Below are positions 49,178-61,345 of a stretch of 64,000 nt of DNA, piece by piece. The stretch is from assembly GCA_002633005.1 (NCBI GenBank), contig NMRA01000308.1, forward strand, positions 310,001 to 374,000, given 5' to 3'. The translations under genes and the position numbers were made by a program. The notes beneath the pieces are model-generated. The model searched no databases. It was given only the letters and a program-made list of their open reading frames with translations, and had not been told where the DNA came from. The stretch is from Phoronis australis. Its lineage: Eukaryota; Animalia; Phoronida. The stretch's first letter is position 1. Every line of letters starts with the position of its first letter.

Positions 49178-51876
49178 ATAGTTCTACCTGACTTCACTGG
49201 TTGACAGTTTGCAAATGTCAACTAGCTGATCCAGGTATCATCACAAAAATACAAACGCTAGGTTCTACTTGACTCCGCTGGTTGACATTTTGCAAATGTC
49301 AACTAGCTGATCCAGGTATCATCACAAAAATACAAAGGCTAGGTCCTACCTGACTCCGCAGGTTGACATTTTGCAAATGTCAACTACCTGATCCAGGTAT
49401 CATCACAAAAATACAAATGCTAAGTCCTACCTGACTCCGCTGGTGGATATTTTGCAAATGTCAACTAGCTGATCCAGGAATCATCACAAAAATACAAATG
49501 CTAGGTTCTACCTGACTCCGCTGGTTGACATTTTGCAAATGTTAACTAGCTGATCATGGTATCATCACAAAAATACAAATGCTAGGTTCTACCTGACTCT
49601 GCTGGTTGACATTTTGCAAATGTCAACCAGCTGATCCAAGTATCATCACAAAAATACAAATGCTAGGTTCTACCCGACTCCGTTGGTTGAAATTTTGCAA
49701 ATGTCAACTACCTGATCCAGGTATCATCACAAAAATACAAATTAATGCTAAGTCCTACCTGACTCCGCTGGTTGATATTTTGCAAATGTCAACTAGCTGA
49801 TCCAGGAATCATCACAAAAATGCAAATGCTAGGTTCTACCTAACTCCGCTGGTTGACACTTTGCAAATGTCATTTAGCTGATCATGGTATCATCACACAA
49901 ATACAAATGCTAGGTTCTACCTGACTCTGCTGGTTGACATTTTGCAAATGCCAACCAGTTGATCCAGGTATCATCACAAAAATACAAATGCTAGGTTCTA
50001 CCCGACTCCGCTGGTTGAAATTTTGCAAATGTCAACTAGATGATCCAGGTATCATCACAAAAATACAAATGCTAGGTTCTACCTGACTCCGCTGGTTGAC
50101 ATTTTGCAAATATCAACTAGCTGATCCAGGTAACATCACACAATTTAGATGCTAGGTTCTAACTGACTTCGCTGGTTGACATTTTGTAAATGTCAACTAG
50201 CTGATCCAGGTATCATCTCACAAATACAAATGCTAGGTTCTACCTGACTCCGCTGGTTGACATTTTGCAAATATCAACTAGCTGATCCAGGTAACATCAC
50301 ACAATTTAGATGCTAGGTTCTACCTGACTCCGCTGGTTGACATTTTGCAAATGTTAACTAGCTGATCATGATATCATCACAAAAATACAAATGCTATGTT
50401 CTACCTGACTCCGCTGGTTGACATTTTGCAAATGTCAACCAGCTGATCCAGGTATCATCACAAAAATACAAATGCTAGGTTCTACCCGACTCCGCTGGTT
50501 GAAATTTTGCAAATGTCAACTACCTGATCCAGGTATCATCACAAAAATACAAATGCTTGGTTCTACCTGACTCCACTGGTTGACATTTTTCAAATGTGAT
50601 TTAGCTGATCCAGGTATCATCACAAAAATACAAATGCTAGGTCCTACCTGACTCCTCTGGTTGATATTTTGCAAATGTCAACTAGCTGATCCAGGTATGA
50701 TCACAAAAATGCCAATGGTAGGTCCTACCTGACTCCGCTGGTTGACATTTTGCAAATGTCAACTAGCTGATCCAGGTATCATCACAAAAATACAAATGGT
50801 AGGTTCTACCCGACTCCGATGGTTGAAATTTGCAAATGGCAACTACCTGATCCAGGTATCATCACACACTTTCAGATGCTAGGTTCTACCTGACTCCGCT
50901 GGTTGACATTTTGCAAAATGTCAACTAGCTGATCCAGGGATCATCTCACAAATACAAGTGCTAAGTCCTGCCTGACTCCGCTGGTTGACATTTTTCAAAT
51001 GTCAACTATCTGATCCAGGTATCATCACAAAAATATAAATGCTAGGTCCTACCTGACTCCGCTGGTTGAGATTTTGAAAATGTCAACTACCTGATCCAGG
51101 TATGATCACAAAAATACAAATGCTTGGTCCTACCTGACTCCGCTGGTTGACATTTTGCAAATGTCAACTAGCTGATCCAGGTATTACCACAAAAAAAGAA
51201 ATGCTAGGTCCTACCTGACTGTGCTGGTTGCCATTTTGAAATGTGAACTAGCTGATCCAGGTATCATCACAAAAATACAAATGGTAGGTTCTACCTGACT
51301 CCGCTGGTTGACATTTTGCAAATGTCAACTAGCTGATCCAGGTTTCATCACCAAAATACAAGTGCTAGGTCTTACCTGACTCCGGTGGTTGACGTTTTGC
51401 AATTGTCAACTAGATGATCCAGGTATCATCACAAAAATACAAATGCTAGGTCCTACCTGACTGTGCTGTTTGCCATTTTGAAATGTGAACTAGCTGATCC
51501 AGGTATCATCACAAAAATACAAATGCTAGGTCCTACCTGACTCCGCTGGTTTACGTTTTGCAAATGTCAAGTAGCTGATCCAGGTATCATCACAAAAAAT
51601 GCTAGGTCCTACCTGACTCCGCTGGTTGACATTTTGCAAATGTCAACTAGCTGATCCTGGTATCATCATAAAAATACAAATGCTAGGTCCTACCTGATTC
51701 CGCTGGTTGACCTTTTGCATATGTCAATTAGCTGATCCAGGTAACATCACAAAAATACAAATGCTAGGTCCTACCTGACTCCGCTGGTTGACATTTTGCA
51801 AATGTCATCTAGCTGATCCAGGTATCATCACAAAAATACAAATGCTAGGTCCTACCTGACTCCGCTGGTGACATTT
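49178..51876. repeat. 81-bp tandem satellite (~33 copies), each unit a hairpin
   Basis: Unit ctaggttctacctgactccgctggttgacattttgcaaatgtcaactagctgatccaggtatcatcacaaaaatacaaatg, with a period of 81 (49501 to 49582). The consensus has stops in all six frames. Confidence 0.95.
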
Positions 51877-52202
51877 CAGTAGGCCTAAATCTCTAAGACT
51901 AAGACTCTTAGTCACTAAGAGTAAGAGGCTAAGTATTACAAAACACATATCCGCTGTGTTCAACTATTTAAAAACACGCCCTTCGCGAAGTTTTAGTTCT
52001 TGAATTCGAGAAATTCTCTGCTGAAACAATAACACTTCGAGAGGAAGTAAAGACAGGGAATCCCTCTTGGCATAACGCATGCGCGTGAACTACTTCACTT
52101 CCACCTGGATTGGCTCGTTGACGTTGTCCCCCCCCCCTATGAAAGATGATTAGGGGATAACCACCCAGCTAACTCAACAGATGTCGCGTATACCTAACCC
52201 AA

Positions 52203-52740
52203 ATGACAGCGTTTTCCCGTGCAGTGACTTTACTAGACGTAGGGGGTTCTTAGCGTGTCATAACATCTAGCTTCTTTGTTAACTGCCAAACACACTCTTT
52301 TGTCTGTACTTATGACAATAAGCAGGCCACTTATCTACCAGGTTTATTACAGACCATATGTGAACACTGCCAAACTCAGGGTGAATTGGTGTACTCGGAA
52401 AGAGTAGATTGTCGTAACTTCGGTTGCAGTTCAGCGATTTTGGCGATTCAAAAACGAAACATGATCAGCATTTGACGAAGATTTCAGAAATGCTATTGGT
52501 TTATGTTCAAATATGTTATAACTTAACTTTTATTTTTAACAGCACATCCCAGTCACGGTAGATACGAACTTATTGGAGATTATAACAATTATCGAACAAA
52601 AGAGAGCTGGCCCTCCAAGGATAAATGCCAGAATTGAGTTAATCAGTCGTGTAAGATATTAGCTAAAGGGGTAAACTTCCCAACTTGTTGTTGGGCTATA
52701 GAATCGAACAAGTTGGGAGCAACGGGGAAACGCCGTAATG
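52203..52740 (+). mobile_element. ~540-bp MITE, copy 1 (inserted in the Polinton segment)
   Basis: Ends ATGACAGCGTTTTCC ... GGAAACGCCGTAATG. It is absent at the homologous site ctaacccaggtaccgac (42541-42557). Inverted copy at 55772-56310. Confidence 0.75.
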
Positions 52741-52943
52741 AGGTACCGACGGCATTAAATTAACGATTATACTGATAATACTAGTAATGCTAATAATAAA
52801 TTATTGTGACCACCTAAAATAGAACGGAAAATTAATACTTTTAAACGTGTATTAATAACAGTATATTCCAATACACTACAAAAATCATTCAGACGTTCAA
52901 ACACCGTTATATGTACGAGTAGTCTATTATTAAATGTCCCGAA

Positions 52944-53969
52944 TTAAATGTTCAAAGGTCCAGTGGTGACGCCGTCGTCGAACACTTGTCTTTTGGGATA
53001 AAAGTAGGTGAATGCGCACTTCTCTTGCATATAGCTGTACACGGTGTTATCACCGCCTAACCGAAATCCTTTGTTGAGGGCCGAGCTACTCTTCGTGGTC
53101 TGCAAAACTTTGAGATACCTCGTCTTGTCGATTTCATTTCTCTGTCGTTGTACTCCTTTACAGCTAAAATGCGATTTACCGTCGTCCCTCCCCACGTAAT
53201 ACGTTTTAGAGCAAAGCGCTTTGTAGTAGTCTCCTTCGAATTCCAACTTCAATAAGCCGGGCGTGCACGAGTCGTAGGCCACGATTGTTTTCTTCTGAGT
53301 CTGTTCGCGGAAACCAAAGATGTTTTCCCTCTCGAAAGCTGCTCGCATGTCGGGTTTAATCACGTCCTCTAGACAGTTACCGGATATAGCCATGTACGCC
53401 GAGTCTGAGTTCATCTCACAATATTCGAAATCGGATCTGTCGACGAATCTTAACATGAAGTCGTAGTAAAACTCCAACATGCACAACTTTGCGTACTGAT
53501 AAACGAAAAAGCCTATTTGAAGCAGCAGGTTCAGGCGGATGGTCTTCCTTTTCATCCCCAATTCGTAGAATCCGTCCCCGATGTAGTTGACGAGTCTAAA
53601 TTCCGAGAGCTGGACTTCCGGTTGAGCCTTAGCCTCTCCGCAGTACTTCACGTCACGATGCCTTTCTTGATTCGTTACCGTCTTACCATACGCACTGTTA
53701 CCTATTAGCTTCATCGTCTGCGCTGCAATAGCTTTGTTTTTGTATTTGTCCCCTTCCCGCCTAGTGTCGCTGACTTCCTCACCAAAACGCTCAAAGCATT
53801 TTACGGGAGCAAATTCGACCACTTGATAGACGTTTGTTATCTCTAGGCCGTGTTTGAAATACCATTTCGGAAGCGGGGTTGCCAAAAGTTTTTTCCTCCC
53901 GAAGAAACTTCCCACTAAAGATCGTCGTGGTCGGCTCATGATTTTGTTTCTCTTGTCATACTCTCGCAT
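52944..53969 (-). CDS. Protein-primed DNA polymerase B (Polinton), C-terminal polymerase part, copy 2 (open but likely pseudogenic)
   Basis: KLIGNSAYGK (motif B), YCEMNSDS (degenerate motif C YxDTDS), TPGLLKLEFEG, KTYY and SCKGV. Confidence 0.85.
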   Translation of the reverse strand: MREYDKRNKIMSRPRRSLVGSFFGRKKLLATPLPKWYFKHGLEITNVYQVVEFAPVKCFERFGEEVSDTRREGDKYKNKAIAAQTMKLIGNSAYGKTVTNQERHRDVKYCGEAKAQPEVQLSEFRLVNYIGDGFYELGMKRKTIRLNLLLQIGFFVYQYAKLCMLEFYYDFMLRFVDRSDFEYCEMNSDSAYMAISGNCLEDVIKPDMRAAFERENIFGFREQTQKKTIVAYDSCTPGLLKLEFEGDYYKALCSKTYYVGRDDGKSHFSCKGVQRQRNEIDKTRYLKVLQTTKSSSALNKGFRLGGDNTVYSYMQEKCAFTYFYPKRQVFDDGVTTGPLNI

Positions 53970-54400
53970 TAACTCTCCTAGGTGTCTCTGCTGATGTCTA
54001 CATTCTTGAATATATAGGCTGCATTTCTGAAAATTGCTCTCTCAGATGCCTCGGGACTTCGATGTCACATTCCACAACCCCGAACAGAGTACCGTCTAGA
54101 AAGAATGTCTTTATTTGTTTGTTCGCCAAAGTGTAGAAACGTTCCGTAGCTAATTCTCGTCTTCTGAAAAAAGAACGTAGGGTATCGTCTTGCCGTTTCA
54201 AATCCTCTAATTTGCACTAACCAATCTCTTCGTAATCGAAGCCTTGATCGATGATATAGTCTCTAATTTTTCTGGTGTTTTTCATAAGCTCACTCATGGC
54301 GACGTTTCCAGTTTCGTTCCTCGTCCTCGGAGTTCCGTCGTCATTTCTCGAGAGACGGCAGTCGTGGCCGTACCAGTAACATCCTTGGAATTTCGATAAC
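53970..54400 (-). pseudogene. pPolB middle region with Vsr-like nuclease insert (frameshifted)
   Basis: KFQGCYWYGHDC (ExxGCxWHG-like) followed by LFGVVECDIEVPRHLREQFSEMQPI. Confidence 0.7.
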
Positions 54401-55220
54401 ATGGCGGCGTTCTACAGGAAAAAGGGCGTCGACCTCTTCATGAAGGAATGCATAAGCGTGCCTGGACTGACCATGAAGATTCTCTTCAAAGATGTCGGTA
54501 ACGTATTCTTTGCGCTCTTTGAGGAAAAATACAAAGACTTGTATTATACCTTCAAACATAATATCGTCGGAAGTCCCAGTATTGTTTTCCACAGATACCA
54601 CGAAAAGGGAAAGACGTTTATACGCCAAAGGGAGATGGAGACTACGACCCACGTCGAGGCCGATCGTTAAACTCGTTACCAACTTGACTGTTAACATAAC
54701 ACACATGATTGATCACCCCATCGGCGCACCTGTTTCACTTCCACCATACTTTGCAGATAATAAAGGCTCTTGGGCGACGACAAGCGACGCAAACGGGAAA
54801 CACGACGATCGATTGTGTTTCTGGCCGCTCATCGATCGTGATCTCGAAAGGCTTTAGAGAAGTTGACCAAACAACTTTACGACCAATATCTTCGTCATAA
54901 GGGTATCCCATCGAAACAGTTTCAAGGCGTTTTCCTGGGCGATGTTCCAGAACTGCAAGTCGTGTTTTAAATCAGCATCTCCGCATACGGGTTGGAAGAG
55001 TCCGACGGCGGATCGCTTGCTTTGTCGACCGCATCGCCGGTTTGACGACGAACTTCTTCTCAACTTGAACGAAGACCGACTTTTCGTACATTCACGACAT
55101 CAAGAAGTGTTGTAGGTCTTACCAATGCAATCTCTGTGGTTCGTGTTGGGATACCGCGTGGAAATTATCTAGACACCAACAAACGTGCGAGAACAGTGTG
55201 AGGTACGCTTTCCAAGGAAA
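54401..55220 (+). pseudogene. Inverted, rearranged N-terminal/exonuclease fragments of pPolB
   Basis: Plus strand encodes ISVPGLTMKILFK...NIVGSPSIVFHRYHEKGKTFIR, then HPIGAPVSLPPYF...DDRLCF, FQGVFLGDVPEL and FSYIHDIKK...YQCNLCG...RHQQTC. Confidence 0.75.
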
Positions 55221-55771
55221 AACGTGTTTGTTTGCTAATACAGCGTTAGCAATTTGATCATTGTTTATTAATTAAGCGTTAACAACGGGTTCAATTAAAC
55301 CTATTACGTAATGAGGTGTGACGTCATTGACACTTCTGTCTGGTAGTCGGATGATGTCCCTTCCAATTGCATACATCTCATGTGACCTTTCCTCTCGGAT
55401 TTATGACCTTTGACCCAGGAGCCTCCCAAATAGGGCGCCTAAACAACTTACTATATTACTAACGTCCAAAATGGAACGAATGATTGAAATTTGTGAATCC
55501 TTAAAACGCTATGAATTGCAGAGCCTGCAAAATTTAACGAGTCAATGAATTTGTAAACTGCAAAGAAATGATGACGTCATGAAATACGAAGAATCGATGA
55601 ATCTGTAAAATGCGATGTTTTAATGAACCTGCAAACAAGGGGCGAAGTTAGTTAATCGATAATCCATGTAATGCTATAAATTAATCACGAATTGCTGAAT
55701 CGAGTCTTAAGAGTTCTCCAATGCAAAGAATTGACGAAAACATGAAATAGCTGTCTCGAAATAAAGCCTCA

Positions 55772-56310
55772 CATTACGGCGTTTTCCTGTTGCTCCCAAC
55801 TTGTTCGATTCTATAGCCCAACAACAAGTTGGAAAGTTTACCCCTGTAGCCAATATCTTACACGACTGATTAACTCCATTCTGGCATTCATGGTTGGAGG
55901 GCCAGCTCTCTTTTGTTCGATAATTGCTCTAATCTCCAATAAGATCGTATCATAGCATGTGGGCTGTGCTGTTAAAAATAAAAGTTAAGTCATAACATAT
56001 TTGAACATAAACCAATAGCATTTCTGAAATGCTCGTCAAATGGTGATCATGTTTAGTTTTTGAATCGCCAAAATCGCCCAACTAAAACCGAAGTTACGAC
56101 AATCTATTCTTTCCGAACTTACCAATTCGCTTTGGGTTTGACTGTGTTCACACGTGGTCTGTAATAAGCCTGGTAAATAATTGGCCTGCCTGTTGTCATA
56201 TCAGACAAAAGTCGGACTGTGCTTGGCAGTTAACAAAGAACATAGGTGTTATCACACGCTCACAACCTTCTACGTCTGGTAAAGTCTCTGAACGGGAAAA
56301 CGCCGTCATG
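55772..56310 (-). mobile_element. ~540-bp MITE, copy 2
   Basis: CATTACGGCGTTTTCC ... GGAAAACGCCGTCATG (16-bp TIR); reverse complement of 52203-52740. Confidence 0.78.
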
Positions 56311-56400
56311 CCTCCTGTAACGTCACGAAATTGGGTCAAGGAGAAAGTCTAAAGTCATTTCGTGTCTCTAGCTATTTACCTCCTCTGTTACGGGGACGAT

Positions 56401-56688
56401 CATGCCTCTAACCACTCCGTATCTGATGAATACACACATTTCATGCCCCTATCTACTCGGTTACTGATGAATACACACATTTCATGCCCCTAACCACTCG
56501 GTTACGGGTGAATACACACATTTCATGCCCCTATCTACTCGGTTACTGATGAATACACACATTTCATGCCCCTAACCACTCGGTTAGTGCTGAATACACA
56601 CATTTCATGCCCCTAACCACTCGGTTACGGGTGAACACACACATTTCATGCCCCGAACCACTCGGTTACGGGTGAATACACACATTTC
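56401..56688. repeat. 41-bp tandem repeat (~7 copies)
   Basis: Unit catgcccctaaccactcggttacgggtgaatacacacattt. Confidence 0.92.
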
Positions 56689-58303
56689 TACAAGATTTGA
56701 TAAAACACCGTTAAAATTTTGAATCAATAAGACAATAAAAATGTATGATCGTACAAAAGATAAATCTAAAGTCCGTTCTTAAAGATACTCTCTCCTTTAC
56801 TTTCACCAATTTATAACACAGGATATGAGTTTTGTTAGTAGAAAGAAATTACTAAAATATCAACATTTCGTATTTTCAGCCCTATTTGTGTCTGCCTTAT
56901 TTTACTATCGTTTTGAAATCCGACTTTCCGCGGAAACCTCATTTACATATGGCGGCAGTTGAGTGAGTATCCATATCGCATGAGCCAGCTGTCACTCACT
57001 GCAGCAGCCATTTTAGGTGGTGGTGCACCAGTAAAATAAAAATTAAACAAAAAAATCCCATTGAACTCACTTAAGTTTGAAAATATTTGGAGTGATGTTG
57101 AACGAGTAATTATTTGGAGTTAAGTTTCGTTTCAAATAACCTGCGTTAAAATCAGTTTTATGAAGTTTTTAAACTAGAATGAAGAACACAGAATATCTTT
57201 AACGTTTTGCAGCGGCCCTAAATGTGTATACCCGTGGATCAACTTTTGGAGGTAGAATTACTATTTTCAATGGTATAAGTAGAAATTATTAATCTTCTTA
57301 CACTCCACTATTTTCAAAAGTTTTTTTATGTTTTCCACATAAATGTAATGGTGAAGAATCAGAGATTTCTCGTGAAATCGTCAATTTGACAATGGCGTTA
57401 GAATGAATGTTATCAAAATCATATGATTGTTAAGTTTTAGAACAAATTTAATTTATCATAGGACAAAAATTTTTTATCTTTCTTTGCGAAAAGCTCGGTC
57501 ACACGACATAGCGGCCAAATCTCAAAGCGTGCTGGATACCTTAGCCGTTCACAAAGGTCGCTCGTGTGCCACGTTTCACGCAGTTGCTACGGAGCGCGCG
57601 ATGAGTGAATTGACTCAGGTAGTAGTCGAGCAGACATTTTTTGACCCTAGAAATACTGTTTCTACTGAACTTTTTTTGCAGATAGAATAAAATATTATAG
57701 GTGGAGGTCATTTAGGCCAACGATAAATACACCATAAAACACGTCTGGTGGTGTTTGAAAATAAAAATAGGTCGCCAATTACAAATTATATGCTGGCCGA
57801 CAAACTGCCCTCCTCGCATCAGCCGCTTAGATAGCGAAGCCAAGTGACGGCAGATAATGAGACAATTGGGTCCCTGATAATGATTCCAGACCCCAGCTTA
57901 ATTCTTATTTTTCATTACAAGTTCAGTCGCGATTCATGAAGTAATCGGCTGCAAAATCCTTACCGAATCATTGAACAGTTCATATTATCGCATTTGTGGA
58001 CTTTAACTATTCACCGAGACTATCGACACGCATCACTAATTTATCATTTTCTTCGAAATGCGTACGTGATAGTAGTCACAAAAATTTTCCTCCTGTCACG
58101 CAAAATTTGTATGACCGATAGTGATCGCAATGAATTGAATAAATCGTCGCTTGCAGGTCACAGCGACGGTATACATTTTTTTAACAATAATTCTAAAATT
58201 ATGTTTTATTTCCTTAAGAATTACCCCCAAATTTCCCCGCTCATGCTGGCAAATTGTCAAAATTTTGGAAAAATGTGATTACAGCTGAGCGTATTTTCCA
58301 GTT

Positions 58304-58414
58304 AGTCACGTGACTGATATTTATTTTAAATACACGCCCCTCAGCAGAGCGCATTCATTGTGGCACTCCCGATTTCATTTTCACAGCTTCTGGAAAATAC
58401 GAATTGCCGATCAG
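58304..58414 (+). promoter_or_regulatory. Putative core promoter and non-coding first exon of the microprotein gene
   Basis: Palindromic E-box AGTCACGTGACT (58304-15), TAAATA (58327), initiator-like TCATT ~30 nt later (58355), donor CAG|gtaagg at 58414 and a second donor at 58442. Confidence 0.45.
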
Positions 58415-60166
58415 GTAAGGCATATATGCGCTTATATGTCAGGTAAGGTAAAAATGTATGCACAAATATAGTAACTGAAATAATCCACAACCGGTTTTGA
58501 ATATTGTGCGATTTTTATTAAAATGTAACATTATTTTCAGACTGAAATTTTCAAGCAATATTTTAAGATACTAATAATTAAGAACACACGATGCGAAAAA
58601 TGTCTCAGAAGTAGCTTTAATTCGTATAATATAGTCTTGCATTATATACTACATTTTCGTACATTACTCTCTAAAAAGTAAAATTCGTTGGCATTCAACT
58701 TGGCCAGCAATTTGGTGGTGCACAAAAAATTCCGAAGTGGTACCCAAAAGTTTACATTAAGATATTGGTGTCTAGTTGATGCAAAGTCATTGGCCTTGAT
58801 TTTATTGATGTATAGCTTTGGCCTAAGCTAATAACTTATGTGAAAATTATTACTAACGCATGTACATATAAGTTAACTTGAAAAGCTTTACAGTAAGCAT
58901 AACTGCACGTGGGTTTCCAGGCCCGTAGCCAGCATTGCGCAGGGAGTGGTTCGAATTTCTTGACTGGTGGACCTTTGATATTTTACAAACGTCCGTCGAA
59001 ACCGTGGAGTTTTCATTAAGGGCCTCAGTTGACGCATCTTAATCAAGATGAAGGAAATTTGTATACGCAACGATGACTCTCAACTCTATGCTTTTGAGAT
59101 GAGACGGAATTAATAATACCAGAGATGAGATGTCGCAACGTTTGCTTGCAACGAACGAGACTCAATTCGGATATAATGTGGTCCAAATCAGGCGTGATTA
59201 CACCTACTTGGACAGAAATATTTAGTCGGAGAATAACTTGACGAAATTTTTATCTAGTTATATATTTGTGTGTTACTTAAGTTGCTTACATCGTTGGAAA
59301 TGGGAACAGCCCACTACTTATCATTCGGTTTGCCATTTAAAACTGCAAACATGCTTTAGAATTTTATGTAATGTAAACGAAAATAAAACATGTTTTTGAA
59401 TTTCTGTTGTATTTCATAAAAATTGATATTAACCTCACGAAACCAACGCAAGATTTTTTAGTTTTATTACTGTCAGTTTTAAAACACTTAGTGTGAATCT
59501 GATGCAAGGTTATAGTCAGTTTGTCACTCAGCTGAAAGAGTGTATTGAAATTATCAGTAAAACTAGATAGATGTTGTTACTAATATGACCATAAATTGAA
59601 ATTAAACTATGTAGCTTTACAATAGACGCGACTTTTGTTCCCTAAAATTTAGATCTAATACAAATATGCCAATGTTTTGACAGTATTGTATTTCTAAATT
59701 TCACTTTTGATTCATGAATTCAGTGATTACCCAATGTGATCAGATTTCTTCGAAAAAATCCCAAACGTTTGTAAGAATGTTGAAATGAAAACGACATTAA
59801 AAAAATATAATACTGTACTCCGATTCAAACTGATTGATTCAGTTGCGTTTTGTAATGTGCCTCGAAATGGAAAGGCAGTTAAAATTAGTAAGATTCACAA
59901 GAAAAAGGGCCACATTGGTACCTTTGGACCAGAGATAAGGAAGTCGCCCTTTTTCTGGGAAAAATGTCACATCACTTTTTCTGGGTACGAAAGTCGCCAC
60001 TTTCTTAGAAAAAAGAGGCACACCACTATCTCTGGACCAAAGATACGTAAATTACCACTTTTTCAAGGAATTTTTTTTTCGACTGCGGCCTAAAAATAGA
60101 AAGAAAACTTGGCTGTCCCTTCAATACTTCAGTAACCAATGTCCATGGAACTCGTATGGTTTCAGA

Positions 60167-60282
60167 ATGAGCTCCTCCCAACAGTCAAAGGGTTATTACG
60201 GCGGCACCGGTGACAAAGCCGACCTGGGTAATCATTCCAACCAGTGCAACCCTAACCACGGCCAATACCAAGGTCATCAAAG
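60167..60282 (+). CDS. 70-aa two-repeat microprotein, coding exon 1
   Basis: gtttcag|A ATG. Encodes MSSSQQSKGYYGGTGDKADLGNHSNQCNPNHGQYQGHQ and ends at a phase-2 donor AG|gtgagt. Confidence 0.85.
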
Positions 60283-60512
60283 GTGAGTCGGATACCTTTT
60301 CTAGTCTTTATGAATTACAGACGCACAGTTGATTCACAAATTTCACGATAGCACTTATTTTTATAATTATGCTCAGCTACTATTATTAAACTTTTAATGA
60401 ATTTTATGGGAACTGACGTCATAGTTAGATTAATCTTAGCTTGTCATCTTGCAGCAAATACGTAACGACTTATTTAGAAGTTCATGAAAATTGTTTAATC
60501 GTCAACATTTAA

Positions 60513-61046
60513 AGAGGCCTGGAACGCGATAAACAGACTAAATTGCAATAGTGAAAGTGGTTTCCTGCCACTGAAACAGAATTCAACCTGCTCATCAGGT
60601 ATTTTTTAGGGTTTTTTCGTAAAGATTTTAAATTTCTGTTGATACCAAAGCGTTTTCTTTTAGTTTCAAATTTAAAAAAAGATCAGTCAACTATTCGCCC
60701 CCTTTTCGATTTTTCTCCCACAAGGCAAAGCACGTCTCCTTATTTGGTATGACAAGACATTGACGTAGCACATTTCCTTATATGGAAAATACGACCTTTG
60801 ACTTCAAGCAACTGATTTTGAGCGCATGCGCACATTAATCGTAAGAGGAAAAAAGATTAGAAACTCTGTGGTAATCACACAAATTTTCCTTCGCGTGTAA
60901 ATCAAAAATAGTGAATTTTGTGATTGTTTCTGAAAATTTTCTCACAGGGGAAAGTGAATTACTCTATACTAGACGTTGCAAGATGGTACTTTCTTCAGGA
61001 ATGGTTTAAAAGTTATTTTTGAAGAGCTTTCGCATTCCACGCCTCT
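60513..61046. mobile_element. TTAA-flanked MITE in the microprotein intron
   Basis: TTAA|AGAGGCCTGGAACGCGA ... TCGCATTCCACGCCTCT|TTAA. Confidence 0.65.
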
Positions 61047-61345
61047 TTAACGTAAGGGGATTTCGTTTTAGTTTTTAAAGAAATTGTTTATCATAAACCC
61101 CATAAACCATATACTTTCTTCCCAGGCGTATTTGCGTTCTCATGGTATCAACGAGTTTTTTCTGAAGACAAGAAATAAATTTCTCATCTAAGTAAGGAAC
61201 CAGGTGATACCATTTTTACGACAAGTGGCTAAAATCAAAACGGTTTTTAACAGAAGACGTGGATTCATTTAACCTTTACAGAAGCAACAGTTGACGCATA
61301 ATAACTTCTCACTGTTGTTAACGACTCGAAATATTGTGTTTTCAG

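Larger units (their letters stand above)
42132..55460. mobile_element. Degenerate Polinton/Maverick (TIR-bounded, with nested insertions)
   Basis: Left end AGTAGTATAGTAAG and right end CTTACTATATTACT. ~180-bp inverted repeats at 42132-42311 and 55280-55460. Flanks AACATC and AACGTC match at 5/6. Protein-primed PolB fragments lie inside. Confidence 0.75.

Noticed and set aside
49178-51876. CRISPR-like array or 27-aa repeat protein
   Set aside because: The whole 81-bp unit repeats with no unique spacers, there are no cas genes, the context is eukaryotic, and the consensus has stops in all six frames.
61126-61190. Extra exon in the microprotein intron (cccag|...|gtaagg)
   Set aside because: Inclusion gives an in-frame TGA and breaks the repeat structure; at most a minor or poison exon, with no support.
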